64,000 nucleotides of DNA, from assembly GCF_001194135.2 (NCBI RefSeq), contig NC_068985.1, positions 123,828,227 to 123,892,226 of the forward strand, written 5' to 3'. The notes beneath the pieces are model-generated. The model saw only the letters and a program-made list of their open reading frames with translations. It did no database searches and had not been told where the DNA came from. Position 1 is the first letter of the stretch, and every line of letters starts with the position of its first letter. Origin of the DNA: Octopus bimaculoides (Eukaryota). Position numbers and translations under genes: made by a program. Below are positions 11,549-25,330 of this stretch, one piece after another.

Positions 11549-12382
11549 GTGCATGCGTGTGTATATATATATATGCATACATATATGTATATATACATAC
11601 ATATGCATATATATATATATATGTATATATATGTATGTATGTATGTATATGTGTGTATATATATATACGTATATATATGTATATATATATATATATATNN
11701 NNNNNNNNNNNNNNNNNNNNNNNNNNNNNNNNNNNNNNNNNNNNNNNNNNNNNNNNNNNNNNNNNNNNNNNNNNNNNNNNNNNNNNNNNNNNNNNNNNNN
11801 NNNNNNNNNNNNNNNNNNNNNNNNNNNNNNNNNNNNNNNNNNNNNNNNNNNNNNNNNNNNNNNNNNNNNNNNNNNNNNNNNNNNNNNNNNNNNNNNNNNN
11901 NNNNNNNNNNNNNNNNNNNNNNNNNNNNNNNNNNNNNNNNNNNNNNNNNNNNNNNNNNNNNNNNNNNNNNNNNNNNNNNNNNNNNNNNNNNNNNNNNNNN
12001 NNNNNNNNNNNNNNNNNNNNNNNNNNNNNNNNNNNNNNNNNNNNNNNNNNNNNNNNNNNNNNNNNNNNNNNNNNNNNNNNNNNNNNNNNNNNNNNNNNNN
12101 NNNNNNNNNNNNNNNNNNNNNNNNNNNNNNNNNNNNNNNNNNNNNNNNNNNNNNNNNNNNNNNNNNNNATCTATCTATCTATCTCTCTATATATTTGAAT
12201 AATGTAGGGAAACGAATTTCCAAATTGATCAGGTACATACCCTTTAGCATTACATGCATTTCAGTGTGGAAAATATATACCGTGTATTCCACATCAGAAT
12301 ATCGTGCAGTGGGGTCATGAATATAATATATTTGTATATATTTATATAAAAATATATAAAATATATAATAATAGAAATTAAA

Positions 12383-12446
<64 letters not shown>

Positions 12447-13002
12447 GAGCATACGTGTATATGTACGCATATATGTGCGCGTGTCTGTATGTATGTTAGA
12501 TGTGACACTGGCGAAATATTTTTCATCATTTGAGAAGTTTTGAATATAAGCTTGTTGATGAACTATCTGTAGAACTTTTCCCATCTTTCATAGCGGAAGT
12601 GCAAGTATTATGATGGCAAAGCAAATACCAGCTCCTTTGTAATTGAAAAAGTTCGGATGGTGTGTCGTATCACGACGAACTGAGACGAAATGAATATGCT
12701 AATCATCACAGAAGAACGAAGGATCATAGATAACGAACAAAAAAAAAAAAAAGGAAGTTGAAGAGAGTACCTTTGTAGAAAAGATTTCTCTCACGCATGC
12801 GCTCACACGCATATATATGGGATTTATGTGTCTTTGTATAAATACTAAACCGCAATTTACAATATATTTACCCACACATACACACTCCTACGCATATGTG
12901 TACGTGTTTGCATTGGAATGTTCGTGTAAATTTATACCTATGCTTACAGAAATGATTGTGCGCATGTGCAACTATGTGTATGCATTCTGGTTTATAATTT
13001 TA

Positions 13003-13770
13003 CCAGTTCAGCCAGTGCTTTGCAGCCTTGCTGGGGCATCACCACTGCTGTTGCCGAAATCTTCTCTGGACTAGGTTTGGATGAATGAAGGTGTTTCGCT
13101 GTCCATATATATGTGGTTCTTATTGTGATATAGAAACAGGTGGAATTTTCGAAGTATAATGTCCAAATGTTACTTGAATATGTTTGCATATAATCCATTT
13201 AGATATCTAAATATTTTTTCTGGAAGGATATTTCAAAGTTGGAAACCTTTTCACTCTAAGCTATTAATCCTTATCCTGAACTGAGAAACTATGATCTTCG
13301 GCACTACGCAGTGGTGTGCAGCTCAAGGACTGATATAGTTCTCAATACCAAATTTATGATCTTCTACATGTATATCATTGCCTATCCTTCTCACCTTTGA
13401 ACCCGGGAGACAAAAACCTTCATGTTTTCGGTCTCACTTGTTCACTCCTCTGCTAACAGTTTGTTAATATGGTCGATGTAGTTTTGGATTGCTTTGATTT
13501 CTGCAGTCAGTTTGACAACGTTAAGAACAAATATTCTTCTTAGAATCAACATGGCTGCCAGTCTTCTTTCATTTTAGTATTTCCACATGAAGCCAACACT
13601 GCATCATGACTAAATTCGATCCCCAGGTCACACACTGATTGTTATTCTGAGTTTGCTATATATCTTCAGCTATGCATACTAGTTTCTTTCTATGTGTCAG
13701 AAAGCTGATAGCGAAATGCTTTGAATTTTCTGGCATTAAGTCGCATATAGTTTTATTCAACCCTTTTATA
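13003..13770 (-). mobile_element. Decayed CR1-type LINE 3' portion
   Basis: Minus frames MRLNARKFKAFRYQ, SVCDLGIEF, AEIKAIQ, KGFQL.NILPEK; tail gtggtgatgccccagcaaggctgcaagc...ggctgaac. Confidence 0.65.
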
Positions 13771-14678
13771 TGAACTTCAAATCTTTCTAACTTATATCTA
13801 ACTTATATCTATTTATTTGTTGTTTTTGCTTGAAATTGCATTGGTATTGGTTTCATTCAACCTCTTTACAGTAATCTATAAAATAAGTATCTTATAAATA
13901 CCTACATACACACATACATATATCCAGACAACGAATTCATATTCATACCAATAATAATCAGAGCGCTAGATTTGATTAGTAAATGTTTAAAGGAGAATCT
14001 GGATAAACTGGGATTTTCAGAAAGAGAAATCGACCGGCTAATTCGTACATTACAAGTCCAACCTGTGAGTGGACGAGTAAAAAGATGCAAGACTTTTGTC
14101 AAGTTCTGAATGTGAATTTGCCTGTTGGCTATATCAAAAAGATGAAACCTTGCAATTTTGTTCGAAACCGGCTCCATCCTCATTGGAAGATTTATAATAA
14201 TTAGAAATAGTCCCCATATTTTGCTCATATCACACCGCCACAGCCTTCTATCCGGATCGGATGTATTAGATCATGTTGTCTTACGCAGTTCTGGAAATAC
14301 GATATGGTTACAGTTGATTTGTCTTCAACAATAAGCTCGATCGGGATCGTCCTAAGACGTGTACATCAGATACATTTACACACATATGATGGGCTCTCTC
14401 GTTGATTTCAACGAATGAGTGTCCTGTGAGTTGCTTGATCCATTTAATGATCTGTTCATTGAATTAGTATACGAAATGGTTAAGTATTCCACATACATGT
14501 AAACCCAACGTAATTCTCAAGTAAAATCCGCACAGCTCAGTTTGATAAGACGACAGCTCATAGCATAGCTGGCGAGTGTGGGTGAAGATGAAGTATATGG
14601 AAGTGAATTCACGACGTCGGTTTGTGGAGGGGGGATGTCTATGCATACAAATGTGCACAAAAAAGGCACGCACGAACA

Positions 14679-14721
<43 letters not shown>

Positions 14722-14731
14722 NNNNNNNNNN

Positions 14732-14774
<43 letters not shown>

Positions 14775-15303
14775 AAACTATCTACCAATATAAAAGCGTT
14801 TATTTCTCCCTGTACACACACAGAGCAATAAAAGGTACATACGTAGAAGCATACATGCAAATGGATGCATTTTTTTTAGCCTTTAATTGATGTCGAAAAG
14901 AGGTCGTCTTTTGTCTAACTCATGATTCTAATTAAACTATATATNNNNNNNNNNNNNNNNNNNNNNNNNNNNNNNNNNNNNNNNNNNNNNNNNNNNNNNN
15001 NNNNNNNNNNNNNNNNNNNNNNNNNNNNNNNNNNNNNNNNNNNNNNNNNNNNNNNNNNNNNNNNNNNNNNNNNNNNNNNNNNNNNNNNNNNNNNNNNNNN
15101 NNNNNNNNNNNNNNNNNNNNNNNNNNNNNNNNNNNNNNNNNNNNNNNNNNNNNNNNNNNNNNNNNNNNNNNNNNNNNNNNNNNNNNNNNNNNNNNNNNNN
15201 NNNNNNNNNNNNNNNNNNNNNNNNNNNNNNNNNNNNNNNNNNNNNNNNNNNNNNNNNNNNNNNNNNNNNNNNNNNNNNNNNNNNNNNNNNNNNNNNNNNN
15301 NNN

Positions 15304-15359
15304 TGGGAATCGAACTGACAACCTCAAGATTGTAAGCCCGACAAATGAACTATGTGCCT

Positions 15360-15363
<4 letters not shown>
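15304..15363 (-). mobile_element. tRNA-like SINE head, cut by an assembly gap
   Basis: Minus: gtgaaggcacatagttc...gggcttacaatcttgaggttgtcagttcgattccca (box B-like). Confidence 0.5.
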
Positions 15364-15416
<53 letters not shown>

Positions 15417-15788
15417 ATATATATATTTATACATAATTATACATACATACATATGTGCATACACACAGACGCACACACGGACACATATCTGTACAAATAA
15501 GCATATATGTGTGTATGTATGTATATGCACGAAGTTTAGATCAACATTGCGTCTTGTCATACGCATGATACGAAACCACACACTGAACGAAAGTAGGTTA
15601 GCACAACACATCAATGTGCATGCACGGTCAGACAGAGGCATACATAATTATATGCAACCGTAGGTAAATGCAATCATAGGTGAGTGCGAACAGGAGATAG
15701 AGAGAAAAGATAGAAACGTGTGGAAGCGAATAGAAGTGAAAGAAAACCATAGGTGAGATATATAGAACGCAAGACTGTTATGTGTATA

Positions 15789-15826
<38 letters not shown>

Positions 15827-16545
15827 CTGACATATACTTGCGTGTATGTCTGTGTATGTGTGTGTCCACGTGTACATGCTTGTATGTCTGTGTATGTGTA
15901 CATGTGCATATGTGCATGTGTACGTGCGCATGTCATTGTATGCATCTCTTTCTATGGATATGTTTATGAATGCGTGAGTATTTGTGTGCATATGTGTGCG
16001 CGCGCGTGCGTGCGTGTGCCTGTGATTGTGTGCACGTACCTCAGTGCATAAGAGTATGCTTAGTCAGATTTATGTGTGTGTGTGTGTGTGTTTGTGCCAC
16101 TACATATACGTATGTACCAAAGATCGTAATCAAATATCTATAACATATAAGACATTAATTTATGACAAAGCTAGTCATACTTCATACCGATACACATGCA
16201 TAGATATACACACAAACAGTTACATACACATACACATAGATACATGTACTTATACATGCATACGAACACACAAATCTGAATTACAAATAGTTATCGTTGT
16301 CGCCAATAACTGCTATCTGAGCTTCAGTGCTTTGTTCATGGGTAGGCCCAGTACAGCTAGCTGTAAATGGGTACCATATGGAAATAAATACATCTGCTCA
16401 CCCTTAATTGTAAGATTTCGAAGCACAGTACCATTGATGTTATTGTTGTTAGTTTGCGAACATTGAGGTCTAGCTATGTTTGAGATTGGACCAAAATCCA
16501 CGGTAATTTTTCAGAGACCTATTCAGTTTATATATATATATATAT

Positions 16546-16676
16546 GGCTGTGTGGTAAGTAGCTTGCTTACCAACCACATGGTTCCGGGTTCATTCCCAC
16601 TGCGTGGCACCTTGGGCAAGGCCTTGTGAGTGGATTTGGTAGATAGAAACTGAAAGAAGCCTGTCATATATATGTA

Positions 16677-16720
<44 letters not shown>
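16546..16720 (+). mobile_element. SINE family A, 5' half with internal deletion, running into (TG)n and a gap
   Basis: ggctgtgtggtaagtagcttgcttaccaaccacatggttccgggttcattcccactgcgtggcaccttgggcaag...gccttgtgagtggatttgg. Confidence 0.85.
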
Positions 16721-17337
16721 NNNNNNNNNNNNNNNNNNNNNNNNNNNNNNNNNNNNNNNNNNNNNNNNNNNNNNNNNNNNNNNNNNNNNNNNNNNNNNNN
16801 NNNNNNNNNNNNNNNNNNNNNNNNNNNNNNNNNNNNNNNNNNNNNNNNNNNNNNNNNNNNNNNNNNNNNNNNNNNNNNNNNNNNNNNNNNNNNNNNNNNN
16901 NNNNNNNNNNNNNNNNNNNNNNNNNNNNNNNNNNNNNNNNNNNNNNNNNNNNNNNNNNNNNNNNNNNNNNNNNNNNNNNNNNNNNNNNNNNNNNNNNNNN
17001 NNNNNNNNNNNNNNNNNNNNNNNNNNNNNNNNNNNNNNNNNNNNNNNNNNNNNNNNNNNNNNNNNNNNNNNNNNNNNNNNNNNNNNNNNNNNNNNNNNNN
17101 NNNNNNNNNNNNNNNNNNNNNNNNNNNNNNNNNNNNNNNNNNNNNNNNNNNNNNNNNNNNNNNNNNNNNNNNNNNNNNNNNNNNNNNNNNNNNNNNNNNN
17201 NNNNNNNNNNNNNNNNNNNNNNNNNNNNNNNNNNNNNNNNNNNNNNNNNNNNNNNNNNNNNNNNNNNNNNNNNNNNNNNNNNNNNNNNNNNNNNNNNNNN
17301 NNNNNNNNNNNNNNNNNATATATATATATATAATTGG

Positions 17338-17544
17338 ACCGTCAAGAGAAACGACCCCGGACTTATTCTTTGTAAGCCTAGTACTTATTCCATTGGTCTC
17401 TTTTGCCGAACTGGTAGTTACGGGGACGTAAACACACCAGCATCGGTTGTCAAGCGATGTTGCGGGAATAAACACAGACATATACACACGAAACAAACAC
17501 AAACATACACATACACACACACACACACGCACACACGCACACAC

Positions 17545-17597
<53 letters not shown>

Positions 17598-17657
17598 CAC
17601 ACATACATATACGACGAGCTTCTTTCAGTTTCCGTCTATCGAATCCACTGACAAGGC
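17338..17657 (-). mobile_element. SINE family A body with internal (CA)n
   Basis: Minus: gccttgtcagtggattcgatagacggaaactgaaagaagc...(TG)n...atcgcttgacaaccgatgctggtgtgtttacgtccccgtaac...aataagtactaggcttacaaagaataagtccggggtcg. Confidence 0.85.
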
Positions 17658-19166
17658 TTTGAACAGCTATTGGTGAGTTTACGTCCACCCAACTTAGCTT
17701 TTCGGTAAGAATAGCCGATAGAATANNNNNNNNNNNNNNNNNNNNNNNNNNNNNNNNNNNNNNNNNNNNNNNNNNNNNNNNNNNNNNNNNNNNNNNNNNN
17801 NNNNNNNNNNNNNNNNNNNNNNNNNNNNNNNNNNNNNNNNNNNNNNNNNNNNNNNNNNNNNNNNNNNNNNNNNNNNNNNNNNNNNNNNNNNNNNNNNNNN
17901 NNNNNNNNNNNNNNNNNNNNNNNNNNNNNNNNNNNNNNNNNNNNNNNNNNNNNNNNNNNNNNNNNNNNNNNNNNNNNATATATATAAATATATATATATT
18001 TATATATATGTCTGTTTCTCTCCCTCATTCTCTCGTTCTATCACTCTGTGTCTCTCTCACTATATATATGTGTGTGCGTGTAATATATATATATACTACA
18101 ATGCTATAATTTAATTTTTTTTTTTTTTTGTTAAAAGTATTCTTTTCATCTGTCTACAAACACAGTCAGGCTTCTTCCAGGAGTGAATAAAAACATTCTC
18201 AAATTAGAATCCATGTATGGATTCTAATGGCGCAGGGGCCCACTTGCCATCGGGCAAGGTGGCTACCAGGACAGTCCACCACTGTATATGTATTATATAT
18301 ATATATATATACGTGTGTGTGTGTGTGTGTGTGTGTACATATGAATGTATATATATATATGTGTGTGTTTCTGCGTGTGCACTTGACCAGCCATGTAATA
18401 CAGAGTGATAATATATGGAGCAAAAGTCAGCTCTTTTAAATCAGACCGCATCACAGTGCATAAAGACTTCATTCGTATGTTGTGACGTCGAATTAAGCTA
18501 CCTTATTTTAAACTATGCTATGCTATTCACATATTGAGCAAATAAGAATTCAACAACATGATTGCATTATATTTGGCATTTGAAATTTCGTGATATCGAA
18601 TTTGAAATCACGTAGAAGAATCCTAGTGAGAATTATTGTTGTTATTATCGAACAGTATCTGCACCAGTGTTTAACCGTCAGTTTATTCGTTCATATATGT
18701 GTAAGTGCAATTGTGCCTGCCTGCCTGTCTGTCTGTTTGTCTGTCTTTTTGTGTGTGTGTGTATGTATGTATGTATGTATGCATGTATGCATGTATGTGT
18801 GAATGAATGTAGTACGCATTTATGTATAAATGATAGATCGTATAAACACTGTCGGAGCATAGAACAGAGAGCTTTGTGTAGATAGATCTTAGTAGTTTGA
18901 AGCCGTAGATCAGCCAAGAGATCCAGGCTGCTAAGCTAGTGACGAGAAGACGACGAAGGAAACAACAATAGTCTTTATGACTATGTATGATGGTGATGGT
19001 GATGTTGACGATGATAGAAATACTGTATTCGTTTGTAAGTAATTAATTGTTGTTAATTAGATAGTTTGTGACATAACAGACACCATCATTGCCTACCTAA
19101 CCGCGTCACTTTGCAATATTGCTCAGATGGTGACAGATATGTATGTATATATATATATATATATAT

Positions 19167-19215
<49 letters not shown>

Positions 19216-19324
19216 GTGTAATCCTGGCGGAGTTTGAAACCGTGTTGTATATTTAAAAATTTAACACAGCCTGTCCACTTTAACACAGACAAGCGATAAA
19301 ATCATCACTGCTACATACACTAAA

Positions 19325-19355
19325 CTAACGTAGCACCACCACCACCACCACCACC

Positions 19356-19414
<59 letters not shown>

Positions 19415-19431
19415 CACTACAACTACTACTA

Positions 19432-19472
<41 letters not shown>

Positions 19473-19608
19473 ACATCCGTAGTAGTAATAGNNNNNNNNN
19501 NACTACTACTGCTGATGCTGCTGCTGCTACATCCGTAGTAGTAATAGTAGTAATACAATAGTCGTAGTGGTGGTCGGCAGTGGCAGTATTATTATTATTA
19601 TTATTATG

Positions 19609-19664
<56 letters not shown>

Positions 19665-19705
19665 CATTATTATTATCATTAGTAGTAGTAGTAGTAGTAG
19701 TTTAG
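19325..19705. repeat. Compound trinucleotide array (CAC/CTA/CTG/ATT/TAG)
   Basis: Directly visible. Confidence 0.95.
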
Positions 19706-20295
19706 CCGCGTGTCAGCTTTGTCTAGCGGAGCAAAACTGATTCAGTCATGGTTATATCGCATAAGTGTGTCTAGGACTCCATTATCCAATGCGTTGTTCA
19801 ATTTTTTAGATAGTATATTAAAGCAGATATGGCTGCTATATTTAGCAATTTGAGTAACTGTGAGAGGCTACCAGTGATAGTTATTTCTGTATAGTGATCA
19901 CAGGTCAACGCAGTTCGAGCGAGACGTATCACTAAATTCATTCCTGTCGTCCTGTGTCTAGGACTATGGTGTAATTTGACGGTCTTTGGCTGCTATTTCG
20001 AGCATGTTCAGTGACCATGCTGAGTTTCTCCGTAATAATAGTAATTGTTTATATTGTTGATTCACATTTAACTCAATTCTGGTCGAACAAACCCTAATTG
20101 ATCAAAGGCGTTCTAGTTGAGATCTTCTCGTTGATTCTTTCTTTCTTTTTCTTCTTTTTTTTTTTTGACAGTTACTCCAGAATCAAATAACCAATCAGTT
20201 CTTATTTGTCTAAGACAGTAGAGTATTAATTCAGAAAGAATTTGCTCCTGGTTTTAGTATTTGTACCGACTGAGTAAAGATTCTCTTGCATTGGT

Positions 20296-20342
<47 letters not shown>

Positions 20343-20714
20343 ATAGTTTTGTTGTCCTTCTTTAGTTGTAAGTAACCCAGTTCGAGATGGTTTGTGATCA
20401 AGGGTATTTCATCCACGGCTATCTCATCTATTAAGGCTATACTGGACAGCGAGGTTCAAGGAATTTGACAAAATATTTGCTATTTCCAACAGATAAAGTG
20501 ACTACGCAGAAACAACCTCATTGAGTCAAATAGAAGTTGTTGTCGTAAAAGTAGTAGTAGTAGTAGTAGTGGTGGTGGTTGCAATGGTAGGAGTAGTACA
20601 CCTCTTACTCCACTTAGCACTCACTATTCATTTTCTACCACTTTCCGTAATACGTCGAGCCATTAAACGTGACTCAACATTTATTTTCGCTCGACTTGCT
20701 AAATACTAGTTTCA

Positions 20715-20915
20715 AATTTTGGCAGAAGGCCAGTAATTTCGGAGGAAGGGTAAGTCGATTACATTCGACCCCAGTGCTCAACTGGTACTTAATTTATCGA
20801 CCTCGAAAGAATAAAAGCCAAGGTTGGCCTCGGCGGAATTTGAACTCAGGACGTAAGGATGGACGAAACGCTGTTAAGCCGTTTGCCCGGCATGTTAACG
20901 ATTCTGCCAGCTTGC
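20715..20915 (-). mobile_element. SINE family B, near full length
   Basis: Minus: agctggcagaatcgttaac...ctgagttcaaattccgccgagg...ctttcgaggtcgataaattaagtaccagttgagcactggggtcga...ggccttctgccaaaatttgaaac. Confidence 0.85.
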
Positions 20916-21077
20916 AGTTTTACCTCTTGCTAGATATGGCAATCAAGTCTCTGTCATCTCTGAAATAGGGTGGTCCCAGACACACATGGGGCGGACACGA
21001 CTGGAAAACCTTTCATCAACGGGCTCATTCAATCAGAAATGACTTGCGATGAAACAATACCTACTACCCTCTGCCAT

Positions 21078-21130
<53 letters not shown>

Positions 21131-21265
21131 TTACTACCAACGTTACTGTCATCACCATCGCCATCACCACACTACTAAGTTCATGATGATGATGATGATG
21201 ATATTGATGATGAGGATGAAGATGATGATGATAACGATAGTAGTAGCAGCAGAAGCACCAGTGGC

Positions 21266-21327
<62 letters not shown>

Positions 21328-21621
21328 CAGTAGTAGTAGCGACGGTGGTGGTTGATGTGGTGGTGGGCGTGGTGGTGATGGCAGATGTTGTGGTGATGGT
21401 GGAGTTGGGGCTCCTAATTGTGATGATAAGCCACGTCCATATTGTTTGGGAACATGTGAACGACACGACACGCCGTTTGCTAACATACTAGGGGAAATCA
21501 AAAAATAGCTACACTTTCGCCAAATCTTTCAATTGGTTGGCCAGACTGCTAAAAGCAGTACTCTTGTGGATATGTAACCGAGGTTTGACCTTGTTCTCTT
21601 CAGTTTTCTTTCTTGTGTTAC

Positions 21622-22285
21622 ATGGCCGCTCCACTGGCAGTGTGCACCAAGGAAGAACAGAGATCAGTGATTCGATTTCTCAGGTCTAAAGGTGAGTCGG
21701 TGGCTAAAATTCGTAACAAGCTTTCAGCACAATATGGGAACAGCGTTCTATGGCGTGGAAGTGTGTATGAGTTTATCGACAACTTAAAAATGGCAGGACA
21801 AGCGTGAAGCACAGAGAGGGAGCAGAACGCCCATCAACTTGACTGTTAACGTGAAGAGTCAACAAGCACGAAAGATGGTTCTGGCGAACCGACGAGTAAC
21901 CATGAATGAGGTGGTATGTTCTCTGCAAATTAGTTATGATTCTGAATATGAAACCATCCACAACAAGCTTTTCATCCGTAAAGAGTATATTTTATGGATT
22001 TAAAGAGAGCTTATTGAAGCGCATAAGCGCAATCGTGAGATCTGTTAACGCTTATTCAACTGCCACGACGATGAAGGCGAAGCTTTGTTTTGAGAAAATT
22101 GTCAAAGATGAGACCTAAATCCAAAAGGCAGAGAATGGAATGGAAAATTCCGGAATCGCCAGCCAAAAATAAATTCGAGATTCAAGTTTCTGCAGGAAAA
22201 GTAATGCAACTGTTTTTGGGGACGCAAAAGGACCAATTCTGGAACATTACCTGGAAAGGGATTCTACAATCACCAGTGTACTGGC
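21622..22285 (+). mobile_element. Mariner transposase remnant (N-terminal half)
   Basis: MAAPLAVCTKEEQRSVIRFLRSKG...GRTSV...RRVTMNEV...DET...SKRQRMEWK..ESP.K.KF..QVSAGKVM with frameshifts; truncated by a SINE. Confidence 0.85.
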
Positions 22286-22289
22286 ACAC

Positions 22290-22475
22290 TGTCGATTACG
22301 ACGATGAGGGTTCCAGTTAATCTGATCAATGGAACAGCCTGCTCGTACAATTAACGTTCAAGTAACTGAGAACTCCACAGATGCGTACCCTTGACTTAGT
22401 TCTCAGGGAAATTCAGCGTGACCCAGAATGTGACAAACCTGGCCCCTTGAATTACAGGTAGAACTCATTTTTGCT
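22290..22475 (-). mobile_element. SINE 'family C' body/tail fragment
   Basis: gagggttccagtt.atc.gatcaa.ggaacagcctgctcgt...ctccacaga...tacccttga..tagttctc.ggga.attcagcgtgac; same as 24400-24580 and 61490-61665. Confidence 0.8.
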
Positions 22476-22720
22476 CCTCGTAAATAAATATACATAATAA
22501 ATTGAACTTAATCAAGCAAAAATATCTATACGCCTGAGAGGTATGCGTGGAGAGATGAACGAATAAACGTTTGGCTGTTTTATATATTGCATATATGTAC
22601 ATGTATATATATGTTTAGGTGTGTGTGTATGTGTGTGTGTTTGTGGACTTATATGTACACACATAGATACACACACACATATATATATGTGTGTGTTCTG
22701 AGTACATAGGTGCATGCATT

Positions 22721-22819
<99 letters not shown>

Positions 22820-22834
22820 CAATGTAAGTTCAGA

Positions 22835-24300
22835 GAGGGCCGTTGGACTTGTTGACACGATCTTTGCTGCACGTTAGCTTCAGAAGTGTCAGGAACAGAA
22901 CAGAGACCTGAATGCGACGTTCGGGGACGTGACCAAGGCATTTGTGATTGTTAGTCGTGAAGGGCTTTGGAAGATCGTGGGGAGGAGTTTGGCTGCCTGG
23001 ATAAATTCATCAGTATGGTGCGTGCGACAGTTCCAGACTACTTGATCTTTCGAGTACTGGACAATGGAGATTCTTCCGATGCGTTCCCAGTTTCTAACGA
23101 AGTGAATCAGAACTGTATGCTCGCACCTCCGCTGTTCAGCACGATGTTTTCAGTCACGCTGCCAGATGTCTTCTGCAGTGACGATGAAAGTAACATCAAG
23201 ATCAGACTTAGGACTGATGACAAACTCTTCAACAAGCTGAGGCTATAGGCTAAGACAAAGGTGGAACAAAACTCAGACGACTGCATACTCATCGCCGCTA
23301 CATAGGCCCAGATGCTGTAGAAATTGAACTGCATTTCCACTACCTGTAACTATTTCGGATTCACAATTAGTACTGAGAAGACAGAAGTCATGCACCAACT
23401 AGCCCCGCAGAAAATATATGTGGAATCAGTTACCGCTGTCGAACGGGGAACCCTGAAGGCTGTTGATAAGTTCAAGTATCTCGGCAACACACTATCCAAG
23501 TTTGTGGAAATTGACAATGAGGACAATATGCACATCGCCAAGAGAAGCTCAATATTCGGGCGACTGTATGACTCAGTGTAGGAGAGGTGAGATATTAGGT
23601 TGGCCACGAAGTCGATTGTGTACCAAGCCAACTCCACTGTACGCCTGTGAGACATGGATAGTTTATGAAAACCAAGCCCTGAACTAAACCGCTTCCAAAC
23701 GAACTGTTTGAAAGCTGTTGGAAATCACCTGAGGAAGCAAGGTCCCAGATACGGAGGTCCTCGCTCGTGCTAATCTGTTAAGCAGCTAGACACTGGTGCG
23801 GAGTGCCTAAATCAGATGGACAATCCATTTTGTTCGAATGCTCGACACACGCCTCTTCAAGAAACTGTTTTACAGCGAACTGGCGGAGGGAAGGTGCACA
23901 CATGTTGGAGAGAAAAAGTGCTTCAAGGACACGCTCAAAGCCTCGTTCAAAGGCTTTGAGATGGGAAACACATGCGCTAGACTACCCTGCCTCGTGAAGA
24001 TGTACCAGCAGAGGTGCCACTCCTACAAACATATCAGTTCAGAACAAGTCGAAAGCCAACTCCTTGTCCTTAGTCCCCGCAGACCACCGGTGCCCGACAT
24101 GCGACAGAGCCTTCCGAGTATGCATCAGACAGATCGGCCACTACTACCAACGTTACTGTCATCCCCATCACCATCACCACACTACTAAGTTCATGGCTTA
24201 GGACTGATGACAAACTCTTCAACTCTGCCCCGTCTTCTCCCACGTGATGTTCTTGGTTATCGTCAATGACAACAGACAAACGATCAGACGGATGACACGC
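22835..24300 (+). mobile_element. 5'-truncated RTE-clade LINE (RT plus C-terminal Cys/His motif), inactivated
   Basis: DTIFAAR.LQ.KCQEQNRDL, TKAF..VSREGLWKI, VLDNGDSSDAFPVSN.V.Q.CMLAP.LFS, ISTEKTEVMHQ, VDKFKYLGNTLS, LYACETW, KKLFYSELAEG, KKCFKDTLKAS, CPTCDRAFR. Confidence 0.9.
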
Positions 24301-24334
24301 AAATTCCTGAAGCGTTCCATATTTTTAAAACACT

Positions 24335-24380
24335 GGCAGTGCCCCAGCATGGCCACAGCCTCAGGGCTGAAACGTATAAA
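24335..24380 (+). mobile_element. Isolated CR1/SINE-A 3' tail
   Basis: ggcagtgccccagcatggccacagcctcagggctgaaacgtataaaaag. Confidence 0.65.
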
Positions 24381-24387
24381 AAGAGTA

Positions 24388-24783
24388 TGTTGTTGTTGTT
24401 GTCACTCCGTCGCTTACGACGTCGAGGGTTCCAGTTGATCCGACCAACGGAACAGCCTGCTTGTGAAATTAACGTGCAAGTGGCTGAGCACTCCACAGAC
24501 ACGTGTACCCTTAATGTTGTTCTCGGGGAGATTCAGCGTGACAGAGAGTGTGACGAGGCTGGCCCCTTTGAAATACAGGCACAACAGTAACAGGAAGAAA
24601 GAGTGAGAGAAAGTTGTGGTGGAAGAGTACAGCAGGGTTCGCCACCATCCCCTGCCGGAGCCTAGTGGAGCTTTAGGTGTTTTCGCTCAATAAACACTCA
24701 CAACGCCCGGTCTGGAAATCGAAACCGCGATCCTATGACCGCGAGTCCGCTGCCTTAACCACTGGGCCATTGCGCTTCCACAT
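24388..24783 (-). mobile_element. SINE family C, full length (tRNA head, body, (AAC)n tail)
   Basis: Minus: gtggaagcgcaatggcccagtggttaaggcagcggactcgcggtcataggatcgcggtttcgatttcc ... gacgtcgtaagcgacggagtgacaacaacaac. Confidence 0.85.
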
Positions 24784-24798
24784 AAAAAGAATATATGT

Positions 24799-24862
<64 letters not shown>

Positions 24863-24874
24863 ATACACTTATTA

Positions 24875-25050
24875 ACAATCTTTTATCCAAAAAGTTTGCG
24901 ATCGGAACTGTTCTTGATATTTGATATTTTTAGATTTCGGAACGATTATGTATAAAATGGGTTAGCATGGGGATGTGACCCCAGTCTAAGCACGCTATTT
25001 CATTTTATTTATTTATTGGTAGTTTTTATGCAAATTAGGGATTAGAGCAG
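24875..25050 (+). mobile_element. Possible pogo/Tigger-type MITE remnant
   Basis: ttatccaaaa...gatttcggaa...tggggatgtgaccccagtctaagcacg...ttagggat recalls Tigger4/MER46-like non-autonomous elements (recognition from memory, unverified). Confidence 0.35.
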
Positions 25051-25285
25051 TTTCGCACGACGTGTATCAATGTTAGGTTTAGAATGTTTCGTTTTTCACC
25101 TAAAGCTAAGAATTTTTTTTTTCCTGGTTCGTTTCAGTTTGTTGACTGCTCAAACAGCTAACCATCGCTTTCACTTTTTACACTTTCAGTAACGCTACAC
25201 TTTGTAACGGCGCGTACACAAACATCAACTCGTGTGCATACACACGCACGCACGCACGCACGCTCTCCCACTCTCTCTCTCTCTG

Positions 25286-25330
<45 letters not shown>

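Noticed and set aside
13902-14228. ORF with LPMRMEP, vaguely like a PLE RT GLPMG motif
   Set aside because: No second motif aligns convincingly
23212-23225. CTGATGA within RTE (also copied at 24204)
   Set aside because: Part of RT coding sequence (RTDDKLFN); no stem II/GAAA
24700-24783. tRNA genes (also 795-856, 15304-15363, 58664-58717)
   Set aside because: Box A/B present but no complete cloverleaf or acceptor stem, and each continues into SINE/PLE body: retroposon heads
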